Source: a virus. Taken from it: DNA of 64,000 nt. Positions 46,060 to 55,773 of this stretch are shown piece after piece (position 1 is the first letter of the stretch; each line of letters starts with the position of its first letter). The position numbers and the translations under genes are program-made. Below the pieces are notes generated by a model. The model had not been told where the DNA came from. It was given only the letters and a program-made list of their open reading frames with translations, and made no database searches. The DNA lies in the IMG/VR virus record IMGVR_UViG_3300031754_000002, positions 1 to 64,000 of that record; one strand, written 5' to 3'.

Positions 46060-47837
46060 CGCGCCAACCTCAACATGTCCAGTTCCTGCTCAGCACGACG
46101 CGTCAGATCAACCACAACAGCCGAGCGACCGTTCGTCTCCTCACTGTCATCAGCACCCTGAGCCTCATCAGCCTTACCGAGCGCGGTAGCAGCCGCTTCC
46201 AAAGCCTTCGTGACCTTCTCGTCGGACGGACTGTCCATATCACCGGTCTGTTCGGCTAGCGCCTTAGCAACAGCCTCTTTCGCCTCGTCGATCGAGTCAG
46301 ACACACCCTCGTCAGCATCGTCTCTGGCCTCAGCCTCATACTCGGCGCGTAGCTCACGCACGCGCTCCGTGTACTCCTCGCCCTTCGCCGCTGCCTTCGC
46401 TTCCAGGCCCTCCCAGAACGATGCAGGCTCAGACTCCGACGGCAGTAGACCCGAAAGCTCGTCTCCGGCCTCCGCGAGCTTATCCACCAAGCCCTGAATC
46501 AACTGTTCCTTCGCAGACGACAACGCTTTACCCGCACGGAACTCATACTCGCCATCCGTTGAGCGAATACTTGTCGTGCTACCCGTTGACGGTGATGCGC
46601 CGAATGTGACGGCACTCACATCTCCGCCGTGCAAGGTCACACCCTTCACTTTGCGGTCAGTTAGCTCATCATTCCAGTCATCATCGGTGCAGCGAAACGC
46701 GAAACTCATCTGATCCACGAGCCCGCGCTCCATCTTCAGCTTTAGCCTCTGTGCATCCACGTCCCGCGGGTCAAAGGTCGCGTTCACGAGCAGCCCCTTG
46801 GATGTTTCCTCCAGCCTCAACGTGCCCGGAATGTCCGAGTCCTTACGTTCCGTTCGTGCAAGCGGCAAGCCTTCGTGTTCCACTCGAAACACGCAATCCG
46901 GTTCCTCTTTCAATGTGCGGCGAAAACTGCCACGGGAAATAGTCTCCGTGAAGCCACCAACCGAATATGGCACATCAAAAAGTGACGCATATCCTTCAAA
47001 ATGGAACATGCCATCATCGTCTTCGCTGCCGTCCCGGAACTCACATTCACGCACCGAGAACTGCCGGTGCTCCAAGCCCTTCGCGTTACGCAGATTTTCG
47101 ACCCGCCGCTTACGCAGCTCAAACTGTGCGGCGCTACGCGAATCCTTCTCGATTTCGCCCGTGCCATCACAATCCGGGCACTCCTTACCCTTCACCTTGC
47201 CACTACCATCACACGTCGGGCACGTTTCCATGTCCTCAGTGTCGTTTTCCACCGCACGCCGACCATTCGCCTCCGGCGCATATGTGGTGACACGCCGCAC
47301 CTTCTTAGGCGTCCCCAACGTCACATTATCATCGGCGTCCACCATGTACGTCACCTGCCACAACACGTCTTCGCGTTCATACACCGCCCACTCGTCAGTC
47401 ATGTCCGAGATGTAGACGTAGGAATATTCGCCCTTTTTAGGCTTCGGGAGCGATTCGACTATCGCCTGCTGCACCATCTGGCGACGGTCATTGTAGGTTT
47501 CGCGCTCCTCAAGCGTTGACCACACCGACTTTTCTTCTTTCAGCGATCCATCACTAGACCAATTGTCGGGTATGAGCGAACTGAGTTTCAGCGCCTTGGC
47601 ACGCTTAATGATGTGCGCACGGATTGAGTCATGGCTCGCATCTCCACGTCCGACCGCTTTGATCGCTTTTTTTAGGTCGTCTTCGTCCCCGATCGGGTAC
47701 GAGCCATCGGCCATTGCTTCGCCTTTTTTTGCCATTTCGTCACGGTCGGCCTTCTTGTACTTCGCGCGCCACTCCCGCTCAAGTGACCGTTCGACCGTCA
47801 CGATGTCAGTCTCGACCGGCTCAGTCTCAACACCCAT
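46056..47837 (-). CDS. HK97 prohead protease with extra N-terminal domains
   Basis: FEGYASLF, FTETISRGSF, EH...PLART, QMSFAF, DVSAVTFGA; N-terminal DGSYPI domain and CxxCxGxG Zn finger. Confidence 0.9.
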   Translation of the reverse strand: MGVETEPVETDIVTVERSLEREWRAKYKKADRDEMAKKGEAMADGSYPIGDEDDLKKAIKAVGRGDASHDSIRAHIIKRAKALKLSSLIPDNWSSDGSLKEEKSVWSTLEERETYNDRRQMVQQAIVESLPKPKKGEYSYVYISDMTDEWAVYEREDVLWQVTYMVDADDNVTLGTPKKVRRVTTYAPEANGRRAVENDTEDMETCPTCDGSGKVKGKECPDCDGTGEIEKDSRSAAQFELRKRRVENLRNAKGLEHRQFSVRECEFRDGSEDDDGMFHFEGYASLFDVPYSVGGFTETISRGSFRRTLKEEPDCVFRVEHEGLPLARTERKDSDIPGTLRLEETSKGLLVNATFDPRDVDAQRLKLKMERGLVDQMSFAFRCTDDDWNDELTDRKVKGVTLHGGDVSAVTFGASPSTGSTTSIRSTDGEYEFRAGKALSSAKEQLIQGLVDKLAEAGDELSGLLPSESEPASFWEGLEAKAAAKGEEYTERVRELRAEYEAEARDDADEGVSDSIDEAKEAVAKALAEQTGDMDSPSDEKVTKALEAAATALGKADEAQGADDSEETNGRSAVVVDLTRRAEQELDMLRLAR

Positions 47838-47896
47838 GCGGACCTCCTTCGGAAACGAAAAGCCCGCAATTTGCGGGAAGTGAGCACAACGCACCT

Positions 47897-47914
47897 GTTA
47901 GCGTGTGCTAACGT
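47897..47914 (+). promoter_or_regulatory. Inverted repeat operator overlapping a -10 box
   Basis: GTTAGC-GTGT-GCTAAC overlapping TAACGT, just upstream of the RHH gene. Confidence 0.5.
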
Positions 47915-47924
47915 CTGCGCGAAT

Positions 47925-48086
47925 GTGAAACAAACTGGGCTTCGACTAGAAGATGATCTACTTGCGCGGGTAGAAGCTGCTCGTGGTGACGTGCCACGTG
48001 AAGTGTTCCTTCGTCGCGCAATCGAACTTATGCTCAACACTAAACGAGAGGACTCCGATGGCAGCACGACCCGCACTGGTTCCTGA
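47925..48086 (+). CDS. Ribbon-helix-helix regulator
   Basis: MKQTGLRLEDDLLARVEAARGDVPREVFLRRAIE. Confidence 0.75.
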   Translation: MKQTGLRLEDDLLARVEAARGDVPREVFLRRAIELMLNTKREDSDGSTTRTGS

Positions 48087-48588
48087 ATCCGGCCCGTATG
48101 AGATTCTGCAAGGACTCATAGCCGAGGTGCTAGCCAACGGTGACTTTGTACCTGCGGAGGAAGCCCTGCGTATCGACAGGCTCATGCGCGAGAAGCATCC
48201 AAGACAACATGCTGCGTTTTTGGAGGCCCAGTCCTATCGCCTTTACTACGAGATACTGCAAGGTGCCTACCAAAGCCAGCGGCAGCGTTCGCGTCACCAC
48301 GCTCCCGCTAGTGAATTCGGCCGACGTGCTACCGGCAAGCACGATGATGTCTCAGTGTTTATAACGTGGCGCTGCAAGGTAGACGATGCCAACACTCAGC
48401 GAACGATCGGCGACATGACCGGAGCCGATCATCTCTATGTCGCCGACAGCTATCGCGGCGATAAGCAACGCGCAGCGATGCTAGAGGCATTTCACCGTGC
48501 AGTCGCAAAGAAGGCTGGTAGGCGCAAAACAAGCGAGGTCTTTTCAGAGGACCAGTTCCTCGCACTCTACGAAAGCATCGCTAAATAG
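48058..48588 (+). CDS. Unknown alpha-helical protein in the Cas7-like cassette
   Basis: GAGGA RBS; overlaps the RHH gene. Confidence 0.7.
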   Translation: MAARPALVPESGPYEILQGLIAEVLANGDFVPAEEALRIDRLMREKHPRQHAAFLEAQSYRLYYEILQGAYQSQRQRSRHHAPASEFGRRATGKHDDVSVFITWRCKVDDANTQRTIGDMTGADHLYVADSYRGDKQRAAMLEAFHRAVAKKAGRRKTSEVFSEDQFLALYESIAK

Positions 48589-48590
48589 CA

Positions 48591-48733
48591 CGACGGCCCT
48601 TGTTGACTGGCCCAGCCGTTGCACCTCCCCGCTGCCTTTCCGACTCCGCTGCCCACACTGCTCCTGCCCCGCCCCACGCTCCCGACTCGTCATCACAGCT
48701 CCCAGCCGAACAGGCCTGCCCAATCCTCCCGAC
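48591..48733 (+). repeat. Array 1: CGAC-punctuated units of NNNNC pentamers
   Basis: YGAC at 48604, 48641, 48683, 48730 (spacing 37/42/47 = 5n+7). Confidence 0.8.
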
Positions 48734-48771
48734 CTCCTGAACTATTACTAACCAAAACACGAAAGGCCAAC

Positions 48772-49485
48772 ATGACCAGCATATTCGAGCCATACCGGCG
48801 CAAGAATTATCCGTATGTATTCGTCGCCTCGATCCACCTGCACACGATCGCGGGCGGCGTGCCCCTAAACGAGACAATTCTTGAGGGACACCTCAAGCGC
48901 AAGACCGCCGCACCCGATGACCTAATTCGCTCCGAGGTCGCCTCAATCATGGTCGAGGAGGGACTAAGTGCCGATGAGGCCATTGAGCGTGCCGCGAAAC
49001 GCAAGGGCCTTGTGGGCTTTGCGAAGGACAGCAACGGCCTTTATGTGCGCGGCTTTCAAGTCAAGGCGATGCTTGTAGAATCGGCGTGCATCGCTGCCGC
49101 CGAGGGACGCATCCCGAAGAAATGGGGCCAAATGTCCGAGCAAGGAAAGGCACTCAAGAGTTGGTTTCCCGAGCATGTGTTTGTTCTCGATGACCGGATT
49201 CACCTCGGCGTGGACGAGCCCACCGAAATTCCACAGTCGTTTATACACAAGGTAGGCCCGAAGGGGCCGATGAGCGCTATCCAGTACACGGAGCTCGTCC
49301 GCGATGCCGACGTATCCTTCGCGGTCGAGACAGACCACGACTTTCCCGAGGATGTTTGGGCCGCGATTTGGCTCACAGCCGAGCGTAACGGCCTTGGCGC
49401 ATCACGCAAGCTCGGCTATGGCACTTTTGAGAGCCGCAAATGGCAGAAAATGTCATCCCGTACCCGTAAACTTAAGGCCGCATAA
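48772..49485 (+). CDS. Stand-alone Cas7/RAMP-like protein
   Basis: N-terminal strand IHLHTIAGG, LYVRGFQVKAML helix, C-terminal G-rich loop GLGASRKLGYGTF. Confidence 0.75.
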   Translation: MTSIFEPYRRKNYPYVFVASIHLHTIAGGVPLNETILEGHLKRKTAAPDDLIRSEVASIMVEEGLSADEAIERAAKRKGLVGFAKDSNGLYVRGFQVKAMLVESACIAAAEGRIPKKWGQMSEQGKALKSWFPEHVFVLDDRIHLGVDEPTEIPQSFIHKVGPKGPMSAIQYTELVRDADVSFAVETDHDFPEDVWAAIWLTAERNGLGASRKLGYGTFESRKWQKMSSRTRKLKAA

Positions 49486-49487
49486 TC

Positions 49488-49724
49488 TCTCGACACCGCC
49501 CGCTCGAAACACCGCACGAACCTGTCAGCCCATCCGACCAGTCAAACCAATCCGTCGCGCCTCGATACTATGCGCCGCACCCGACATTCCTCCTCGTCGA
49601 TACCCCTCGGCCCCGCCTATCTCCCCATCCCTTCCGACAGCCCCCCGTCGCCCTCGCCCTCACAGTACGCCCCCTCTCTCTCGACACCCCTGCCGCGACA
49701 CTCCGCACCCCTCCGCTTCCGACT
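49488..49724 (+). repeat. Array 2: CGAC-punctuated units of NNNNC pentamers
   Basis: CGAY at 49491, 49535, 49582, 49598, 49635, 49682, 49720. Confidence 0.8.
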
Positions 49725-49741
49725 AACCGAAAGGACCACCG

Positions 49742-50779
49742 ATGACCGATGAGCCGAGTCGAAGCGACGAGATCAAGCACGTAGAAGGAGAGCTAAAGTC
49801 CCTTGCGAACCAAGTGGGCGTTGCGATAGGGCGTCTCCGTGCATTGCTCGGGGACGAGTTCGTCAAGAAGGTCCATGCCGCCGTGACTGGACGAGTTGCC
49901 TTTGACGAGGCGCAGCCGCTCACAGATGCGGATGCACGGGCATGGAGCGAGGCGAACCCCGGCAAGCAGGTACGTTTTACGGTGGAGTCCGAGGTCAAGC
50001 CCACAGGCGCCCGAAAGTTGGATGACTGGCTGGACGTGAAGGCACCCAAGGGCACCGTCGAGATCCGCAGCAATGAGATCAAGGAACTGGAGAAACAGCT
50101 AAAGGCGATCCCCGGTAAACTCACCGTTGCGGAGCTAGGCTGGATTCACAATCGTCTTGGCGAACTCTATAGGATGCCGGTGAAGGGCAACGCGGCACAG
50201 CAATCCTTTGCGCAAGCCTTCGGTATGGCACCATCGGAAATACATACGATCGAGGACGCGATTGTTGAGCTAGCCGACAAGCTCGGCGAGATGCGCACGG
50301 ACATTACATCGCTCCGTCAGACCGTGGGCGAGCTGCAAACCCCGTTTGAGCCATACGAGCCGCCAGTGCTCGCCAAGATACTTCGTCCGCATCTGCTCGC
50401 GCTAGACGATCACGGTGAGGACGAGTGGGCTGAGGGATCGTTCGGCTGGGGTGAGTGTTTGTGGGTGCCCGGCAAGGTGGGCATTGATGTGACGGAGATC
50501 AAGGTTGAGGCGCTGGCCGCCGGGACGGACAATATACACGGCGCGCAAGTGAAAACCTACGCCACCTATCGTGAAGACCACCACGATACCACACAGCGCG
50601 AACTTGTTGAGTGCATCGCGCGGGAGGCAGCTAAGCGGAACGCAACTGTTGTGTATCTCAGTAAGCCGGCGCATCGCCATATCCACGGCGACTATCCTGG
50701 CGACACGCCGCGTTTCCTACAGCACTGGTGTTATGCGGCGTTTTTGAGTGCGGCCCGCGCCGCCGGAGACGAGCAGTGA
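49742..50779 (+). CDS. Hypothetical protein
   Basis: AAAGGA RBS directly after array 2; 345-aa ORF. Confidence 0.65.
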   Translation: MTDEPSRSDEIKHVEGELKSLANQVGVAIGRLRALLGDEFVKKVHAAVTGRVAFDEAQPLTDADARAWSEANPGKQVRFTVESEVKPTGARKLDDWLDVKAPKGTVEIRSNEIKELEKQLKAIPGKLTVAELGWIHNRLGELYRMPVKGNAAQQSFAQAFGMAPSEIHTIEDAIVELADKLGEMRTDITSLRQTVGELQTPFEPYEPPVLAKILRPHLLALDDHGEDEWAEGSFGWGECLWVPGKVGIDVTEIKVEALAAGTDNIHGAQVKTYATYREDHHDTTQRELVECIAREAAKRNATVVYLSKPAHRHIHGDYPGDTPRFLQHWCYAAFLSAARAAGDEQ

Positions 50780-51063
50780 GTGACGACTTCGGCAAACTGC
50801 ACCAAGCCGACAACTCCGCCAGCCTCAACGGTGTGACACTCCGCGACCTTACCGAGGCTTTCGACGCCGAGTTTGAGAATCGCCTCATCGCAGGCATCTA
50901 TCATCTACGCGAAGGAGACACCATGACCACAACCCCGAACCCCTTGAAGCTGAAAGGTATGCGCCAAATCGGTCCGCGACGCGGACTATGCCTTATCCCT
51001 CGCCACAACGGCGTAGGCGCCCTGCTCGGCGCAGACATAGAAATCACTACTACCGAACCATGA
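50776..51063 (+). CDS. Hypothetical protein
   Basis: GTGA overlap with the previous gene. Confidence 0.45.
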   Translation: MSDDFGKLHQADNSASLNGVTLRDLTEAFDAEFENRLIAGIYHLREGDTMTTTPNPLKLKGMRQIGPRRGLCLIPRHNGVGALLGADIEITTTEP

Positions 51064-51225
51064 ACCTGAGCATGTTAGCCGTGCCGTCTATGAACTCGTG
51101 TGCGATTCGCTACTCGACAGACGGATAGATAATCCACACGACCCCGCTCAGCGCAAGGTATGGGTGCGCTGCATGACCGAGGAGCACGAGCAGGAAAGCA
51201 ATCGTCTCGCCGGGTTCTGAGGGGC

Positions 51226-53704
51226 CTACTTAGCTGGCGTCAACACCTTCCCGTCACCGTTCGATGACGGCACAGCCGGCTCCGGTGCATACTTCGCTTC
51301 GATGGCCTGTTCCGCTTCCGCCATCACTTTTTCAAGTAGCGTCGTGTTAATCGGCGAGTTCAGTTTATCGCCGTCCGGCAACGCCGGCAGGTCGAACAGT
51401 GCTCGTGCGTCGTTCGGCGTGAAGTAGCCTCCGAGCGTCCCGAGCGAGCCAGCGTTCGCGCGCTCAAGGGTATCCCCGCGCAGACGGTGGCTCATGTCGA
51501 TCGCCACGAACTGCCCTGGCGGGTGGATCGCGGTCATCGCGGCTTCGTAACGGCCCGTATAGTCCTGCAACGTGTTTTTCGTAAAGCCTAGCTCCTGCTG
51601 CTCGATCCCCCGATAATCGACCCCACGAGTTGTGAACAACCACGCCTTCGGCTAGGAAGGAGTGATTACCCGCAACCGCGAGGTCATAGACTGGCACCTC
51701 AACTTTCGAGCGGTCGATTTTGATTACACGCTGCAAGATAACGTCGTCGTACTCCCAACCGTAGCTCGGGCTCTGCCGGCGACCATCCCAGCCGCCAACG
51801 TTGCCGCCCGTCCATCCCTCGTCATAGCGCCCTAGTCGTATTGCTGGTCGAGTGACGAGTCGCGCCCGCTTACGCGCGCTATTGGCACCGATACGACTAT
51901 TGAAGAACACAGTCGAGAGAGCAAGTTGATACTTCTGGCCCGACCGCACACGACGGCCAGCAATCACCGCGTCACACGGCGGTCGTCCCAGGTGGACTCG
52001 TCCAGCCGGAACACCCACTTGGATGCACAAGTGGCGGATATCCTCTAGCAGGAGTCGGTTACACGATGCGAAGCTAATCGCCCCTGCCTTGTTGACACTC
52101 CCGTCTGCGTCGAGATATCCGCGCAGGAATGCTAGCTGTAGCTCCGGCTTGAGTTCGTACACCCAACCCGGCACTCGCTTTGTATGCGCGTCGCCCGTGA
52201 ACCCGCAGTCGTCAAGCAGTTCGCGTGCGTCGGCCGACGAGAAGCGCGTCCTCGTGCCTGTGCGTATCCCCCGATTGGGTGCGTTGTCTGTGTAGGGTTC
52301 TACGCCGAACTCATCGCGTACGACCTGGCAGTAGTGCTCCATGTGATCGGGCTTGCTCTCGTGGGCGAGCTCGAAACGGTTTTTGTCCTGTGAGCCATCG
52401 CCCGTGTAGAGTCCACAAAGCTCCATCGCGCCGACCGTAAGCTGGCGCCCATTGGGCGCATACTCATCACCCTGGTCCCCGAAGCCATGAGGCACGAGCA
52501 GGTAATCCTTGATCGTAACCTCATCGGCGCGAACCCAAACCGTTTCCCAGGCGCAGTCGCCACTCGCACGGCCCTCTGGCCGTCCAAAGTATCGGCGCAC
52601 TGGCAAAACATGGTTTGCCGTCAACTTGACAGTGCGAGCCGATGTCTGGATGCTCAGGAGAGGCTTGTGGCCGGTTAGTTGCCGCGAGACGACCGTTGCA
52701 GGCTCGATCCCGCGCTCACCGAGCGACCAAACCTCCTCGCCAGCCTGAATCTCGCAGATTGGCCGTGGTCCCTGCGTCGTGAACACCTGCGCTTCGGCGG
52801 GCAGACACGAAACTCGTTCAGTCAGTCCGATCATGTGCGGGGGGCACCGAAAGATCGTGGATGCGATCTCTGATGCCGACCATTGAAGCGATTCTAGGAA
52901 TTGGGAGTCCTGCGGGGATATCGTGATCGGCTTGATTTCCGTGTCACCCGTCACGACGGCTGGAAGATGCGAGCTATTCAAGCCCTGGTGCGCCGCCATA
53001 AACGAGCGAACCATTTTCTTTGTCTGGTCCGGCGACAGGTCACCCTTGACCTGGATCACGATCGACGGGTTCGCGCTATTGCGGAAGTACTGTAGCCCAT
53101 AGGTGGACTGCGAAAGCGACTTGCTAAACGCCAAGCGCTGCGCCTCAATTGGGTTAATGCCTTCCAACATTCCCGGAAGCCAGAGGAGCTTGACGTGAAA
53201 TACATCTTGCCTTGGCACAACTTTATTGAAGAACCGATACTGGAGTTCTCCTTTACGCAGCCGTTCGACATGCGCACTGTCGGCCGGTATGGGCTTGATC
53301 TGCGTCGGGTAGAGCTGCTTGTCGCGGCTGATGATCTGGCCGAAGAAGTTGCCACGAATGGCGAGGGACGCGACGAACTGGACGATCCAGTCGAAAAGCC
53401 CAATCTCGCAGTATGGTTCGGTGAGGAGGGGAGAGGGTTTTAGCTCTTTCGCCTTTCGTAGTACCCTGTTGTTGAGCAGCAGAACGGGGGAGTTCGCTAC
53501 CGAGCTAGAAAGAAGGTTAGCGCATGAGTAGACGGTCGCTATCGAGAGCGCCGCCTCTTGGCTTACACCCATGCCTCCAGACCCACCGAATCCCCCGATT
53601 TCTGAGTTCGTAGGCTACGGGGGAACGCTGTTGCCCCATTCGGTGCCCGGCCGCGCCGCGCGTGCGTCCATTGTCTGTGACAGCGCGCGAAGGATCAACG
53701 ACAT
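51226..53704 (-). pseudogene. HK97-type portal protein with intein; in-frame TAG (53615-53617) and a 7-nt frameshift near 51611
   Basis: AALSIATVYSCANLLS, YFRNSANP, SPQDSQFLE, FRCPPHMIG, then SWG/RGIEQQ and FTPNDARA in another frame. Confidence 0.85.
51629..52807 (-). mobile_element. Intein (393 aa) with LAGLIDADG endonuclease
   Basis: S|CLPAEAQV ... VYDLAVAGNHSFLAEGVVVHN|S; LCGLYTGDG and FLRGYLDADG. Confidence 0.92.
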
Positions 53705-53744
53705 TCCCCTAAACCACCTCCCCCACTAATGCTATAATGGGTTT

Positions 53745-54389
53745 ATGACCAAACCAAAGGATGACCAACGCTGTCCGCGATGCCTTATCCGCCCCAAGAT
53801 ACCTGGGGTCGGCCGCCGTGTTACGGCACTTGCCGCACATGTGGCAAGCCGGCGCCAAAAGAGGGTAAGTACTACCGAACCTACTGCCGTAGCTGCGAGC
53901 CTAAGCGCGAAAACTGCTCGCAATGTGGCAAGCCACGCGATGGCTCACATGCTTCATATTGCGTCGCGTGCTTCAAAGAATATGAGCGAGACTGGGCGAA
54001 GGCGAATCCCGAGAAAGTCCGCCTCAAGGAAAGGGGATGGCGCAGCCGTAACGTAGAAGCACTTCAGCGCAAGGAACGCCGTCGGACTCTAGCCAAACAT
54101 GATCTCACAACCGATGAGTTCGCCACGATGCTCGCCGCTCAAGACAGCCGATGTGCCATCTGTCACCGAACGGCCGCAGAAGCTGGGCGGCCGTGGGACC
54201 CGTCTCCACGTCGATCATTGCCATGCGACGGGCGCGATTCGCGCATTGCTCTGCAATCATTGCAATATCGGGCTCGGGTGTGCTGGCGATAGTCCCGAGC
54301 GTCTGCGTGCCATGGCTGACTACCTCGAACGGCACTCTAAGAAGCCTGTCGAGTCCGTCGCGCCTGACGTTCTACCCGTTTCAGCTTGA
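53745..54389 (+). pseudogene. Endonuclease VII-type homing endonuclease with two apparent single-base frameshifts
   Basis: MLAAQDSRCAIC in one frame, LHVDHCHATGAIRALLCNHCNIGLG in another; TATAAT leaderless start. Confidence 0.8.
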
Positions 54390-54573
54390 TCTTCGCACGC
54401 AGGTCATGCTGCGCGGTCATAGCCAGCTTGATTGGATTCAGTCCCTCAACCGCTATGCCCACGATCACAAGCAGGAAGGCGGCGGCGATAAGCGCCCAGC
54501 CTCGGCCCGCAAGTTCGTAGATGCCGAGCGTAAAGGCGGCGATGGCTATGGCGTCGATGAGATTTGAGAGCAT
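54337..54573 (-). CDS. Small two-TM membrane protein upstream of portal
   Basis: Hydrophobic hairpin followed by a basic tail. Confidence 0.6.
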   Translation of the reverse strand: MLSNLIDAIAIAAFTLGIYELAGRGWALIAAAFLLVIVGIAVEGLNPIKLAMTAQHDLRAKIKLKRVERQARRTRQAS

Positions 54574-54685
54574 CAGCACGCGCCTGTGTACTCGTGGCGT
54601 GTTCTTCCCGCGAAGCGGCACTCGATGCTGGGGCCGTCCTTCAAGTGCATACGGACCTTCTTGTGCTGCTTGTTTAGGCCCAACA

Positions 54686-54878
54686 TCATGCACTGACAAC
54701 CTTGAACGGGCCATGCACATAAGGCGTTAGCTCCTCTACCGCACCGAGAGCAGTAAGGAGCTTTGCTTCCGGCGTCTGTTTGGTATCCCGCAACGCATAG
54801 AGCGCGTCCGTTGCTTCCTGCCGAGTCGCCGCCAACGTAGACCTTGCCATCGTGCTCGATGCCCGCAATACAGGTCAT
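54686..54878 (-). pseudogene. Internally deleted Ntn-hydrolase (HslV/proteasome-like) gene
   Basis: MTCIAGIEHDGKVYVGGDSAGS joined out of frame to LLTALGAVEELTPYVHGPF. Confidence 0.65.
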
Positions 54879-55064
54879 CGCTGCACCGTCTCTCGAGGCG
54901 CGAAGTCCCATACCGACTTGCCGATGACCGGCCCCATTACCTCATGGTGCCCTGTCTCCTGCGTCTCCGTCAAATACAACATGACGGTTTTCCAGCCCCG
55001 ATCATCGTTCCATGTACGGTAGATGACGTTGCCTGCATCGTCGGTGACTTGTTGCCGAGGTCGC

Positions 55065-55520
55065 TCATCCGCGCACTTCTTTGGCTTTCGCCGGAGCGAA
55101 TGGCTGATCGGGGGATTGCGCAAGCCGATGTTTGTCAGCCTTCGGCAGACGAGCGAACCATGCTCGCATCACCTTCACTTCGTCGTTGCTCATAGTCCCA
55201 CCAACCAACACGCCAGTCGGCGCCGCGTCAGGACCAAAGAAGCTCGTAGGGTACAACTCCGTGAGTACCTGGAGCTTGTCCACCGCAACGCCGAGGGCGA
55301 CGGCTATGTCCTTGACTTCGCCGCTCTTGTATGGTCGCCCGGTCGATTCGTGGACGACCGCTAGTTGCAGCGAGTGAACCACGGCCTCCTGTGCTGCGAC
55401 TAGTTGCTCACGCCAGTCCTCGTCCCAGCCATAGTCCTTAGCCGCAGTCTTCCGCACGTGCGTTGTTTTACTGCCGCCTTCCAGTGTCACCTTTACAGCG
55501 CTTGTTTCGTGGCTTGCCAT
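55065..55520 (-). CDS. Hypothetical, possibly terminase-small-like, with a portal-like C-terminal fragment
   Basis: KDIAVALGVAVDKLQVL; SFFGPDAAPTGVL. Confidence 0.4.
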   Translation of the reverse strand: MASHETSAVKVTLEGGSKTTHVRKTAAKDYGWDEDWREQLVAAQEAVVHSLQLAVVHESTGRPYKSGEVKDIAVALGVAVDKLQVLTELYPTSFFGPDAAPTGVLVGGTMSNDEVKVMRAWFARLPKADKHRLAQSPDQPFAPAKAKEVRG

Positions 55521-55681
55521 CTCGTCCTTTCCTGCCCAAACGGGCGATTGTGTAACACCGTCTCGCTATCTAGCGCGTTCACAAGACTGCAACTGAAGTT
55601 TTACCCTATCGGTCATTGTCCGCTAGTCCTCCTCCACTCGCTGTTATTTCTCGGTCAGCGAGAACCGTACTAATGAGTAAA

Positions 55682-55773
55682 TGCGCCAGATGGGACTCGA
55701 ACCCACATCCGCCTCCTTGAAAGAGAGGTGCTGGGGACCGGGTTACGGTCTCTACCAATTCAGCTACTGACGC
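55682..55773 (-). tRNA. tRNA-Glu(TTC) with an extra hairpin in the D loop
   Basis: GCGTCAG/CTGGCGC+A; GCTG...CAGC D stem enclosing GACCG-TAACC-CGGTC; CCTCT-CTTTCAA-GGAGG; GTGGG-TTCGAGT-CCCAT. Confidence 0.8.

Noticed and set aside
48619-48771. Pro-rich N-terminal extension of the Cas7-like ORF and ORFs over array 2
   Set aside because: These are translations of C-rich arrays; an RBS-linked ATG sits at 48772.
48591-49724. Classical CRISPR array
   Set aside because: The constant part is only 4-7 nt, the spacers are internally phased, and there is no cas1/cas2/cas6; reported as a non-classical array instead.
53615-53617. Genome-wide amber recoding
   Set aside because: Many genes end properly at TAG and only one internal TAG was seen.
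53745-54389. Programmed frameshifting in the EndoVII gene
   Set aside because: Both shifts fall in short G runs, so decay or sequencing error is more likely.
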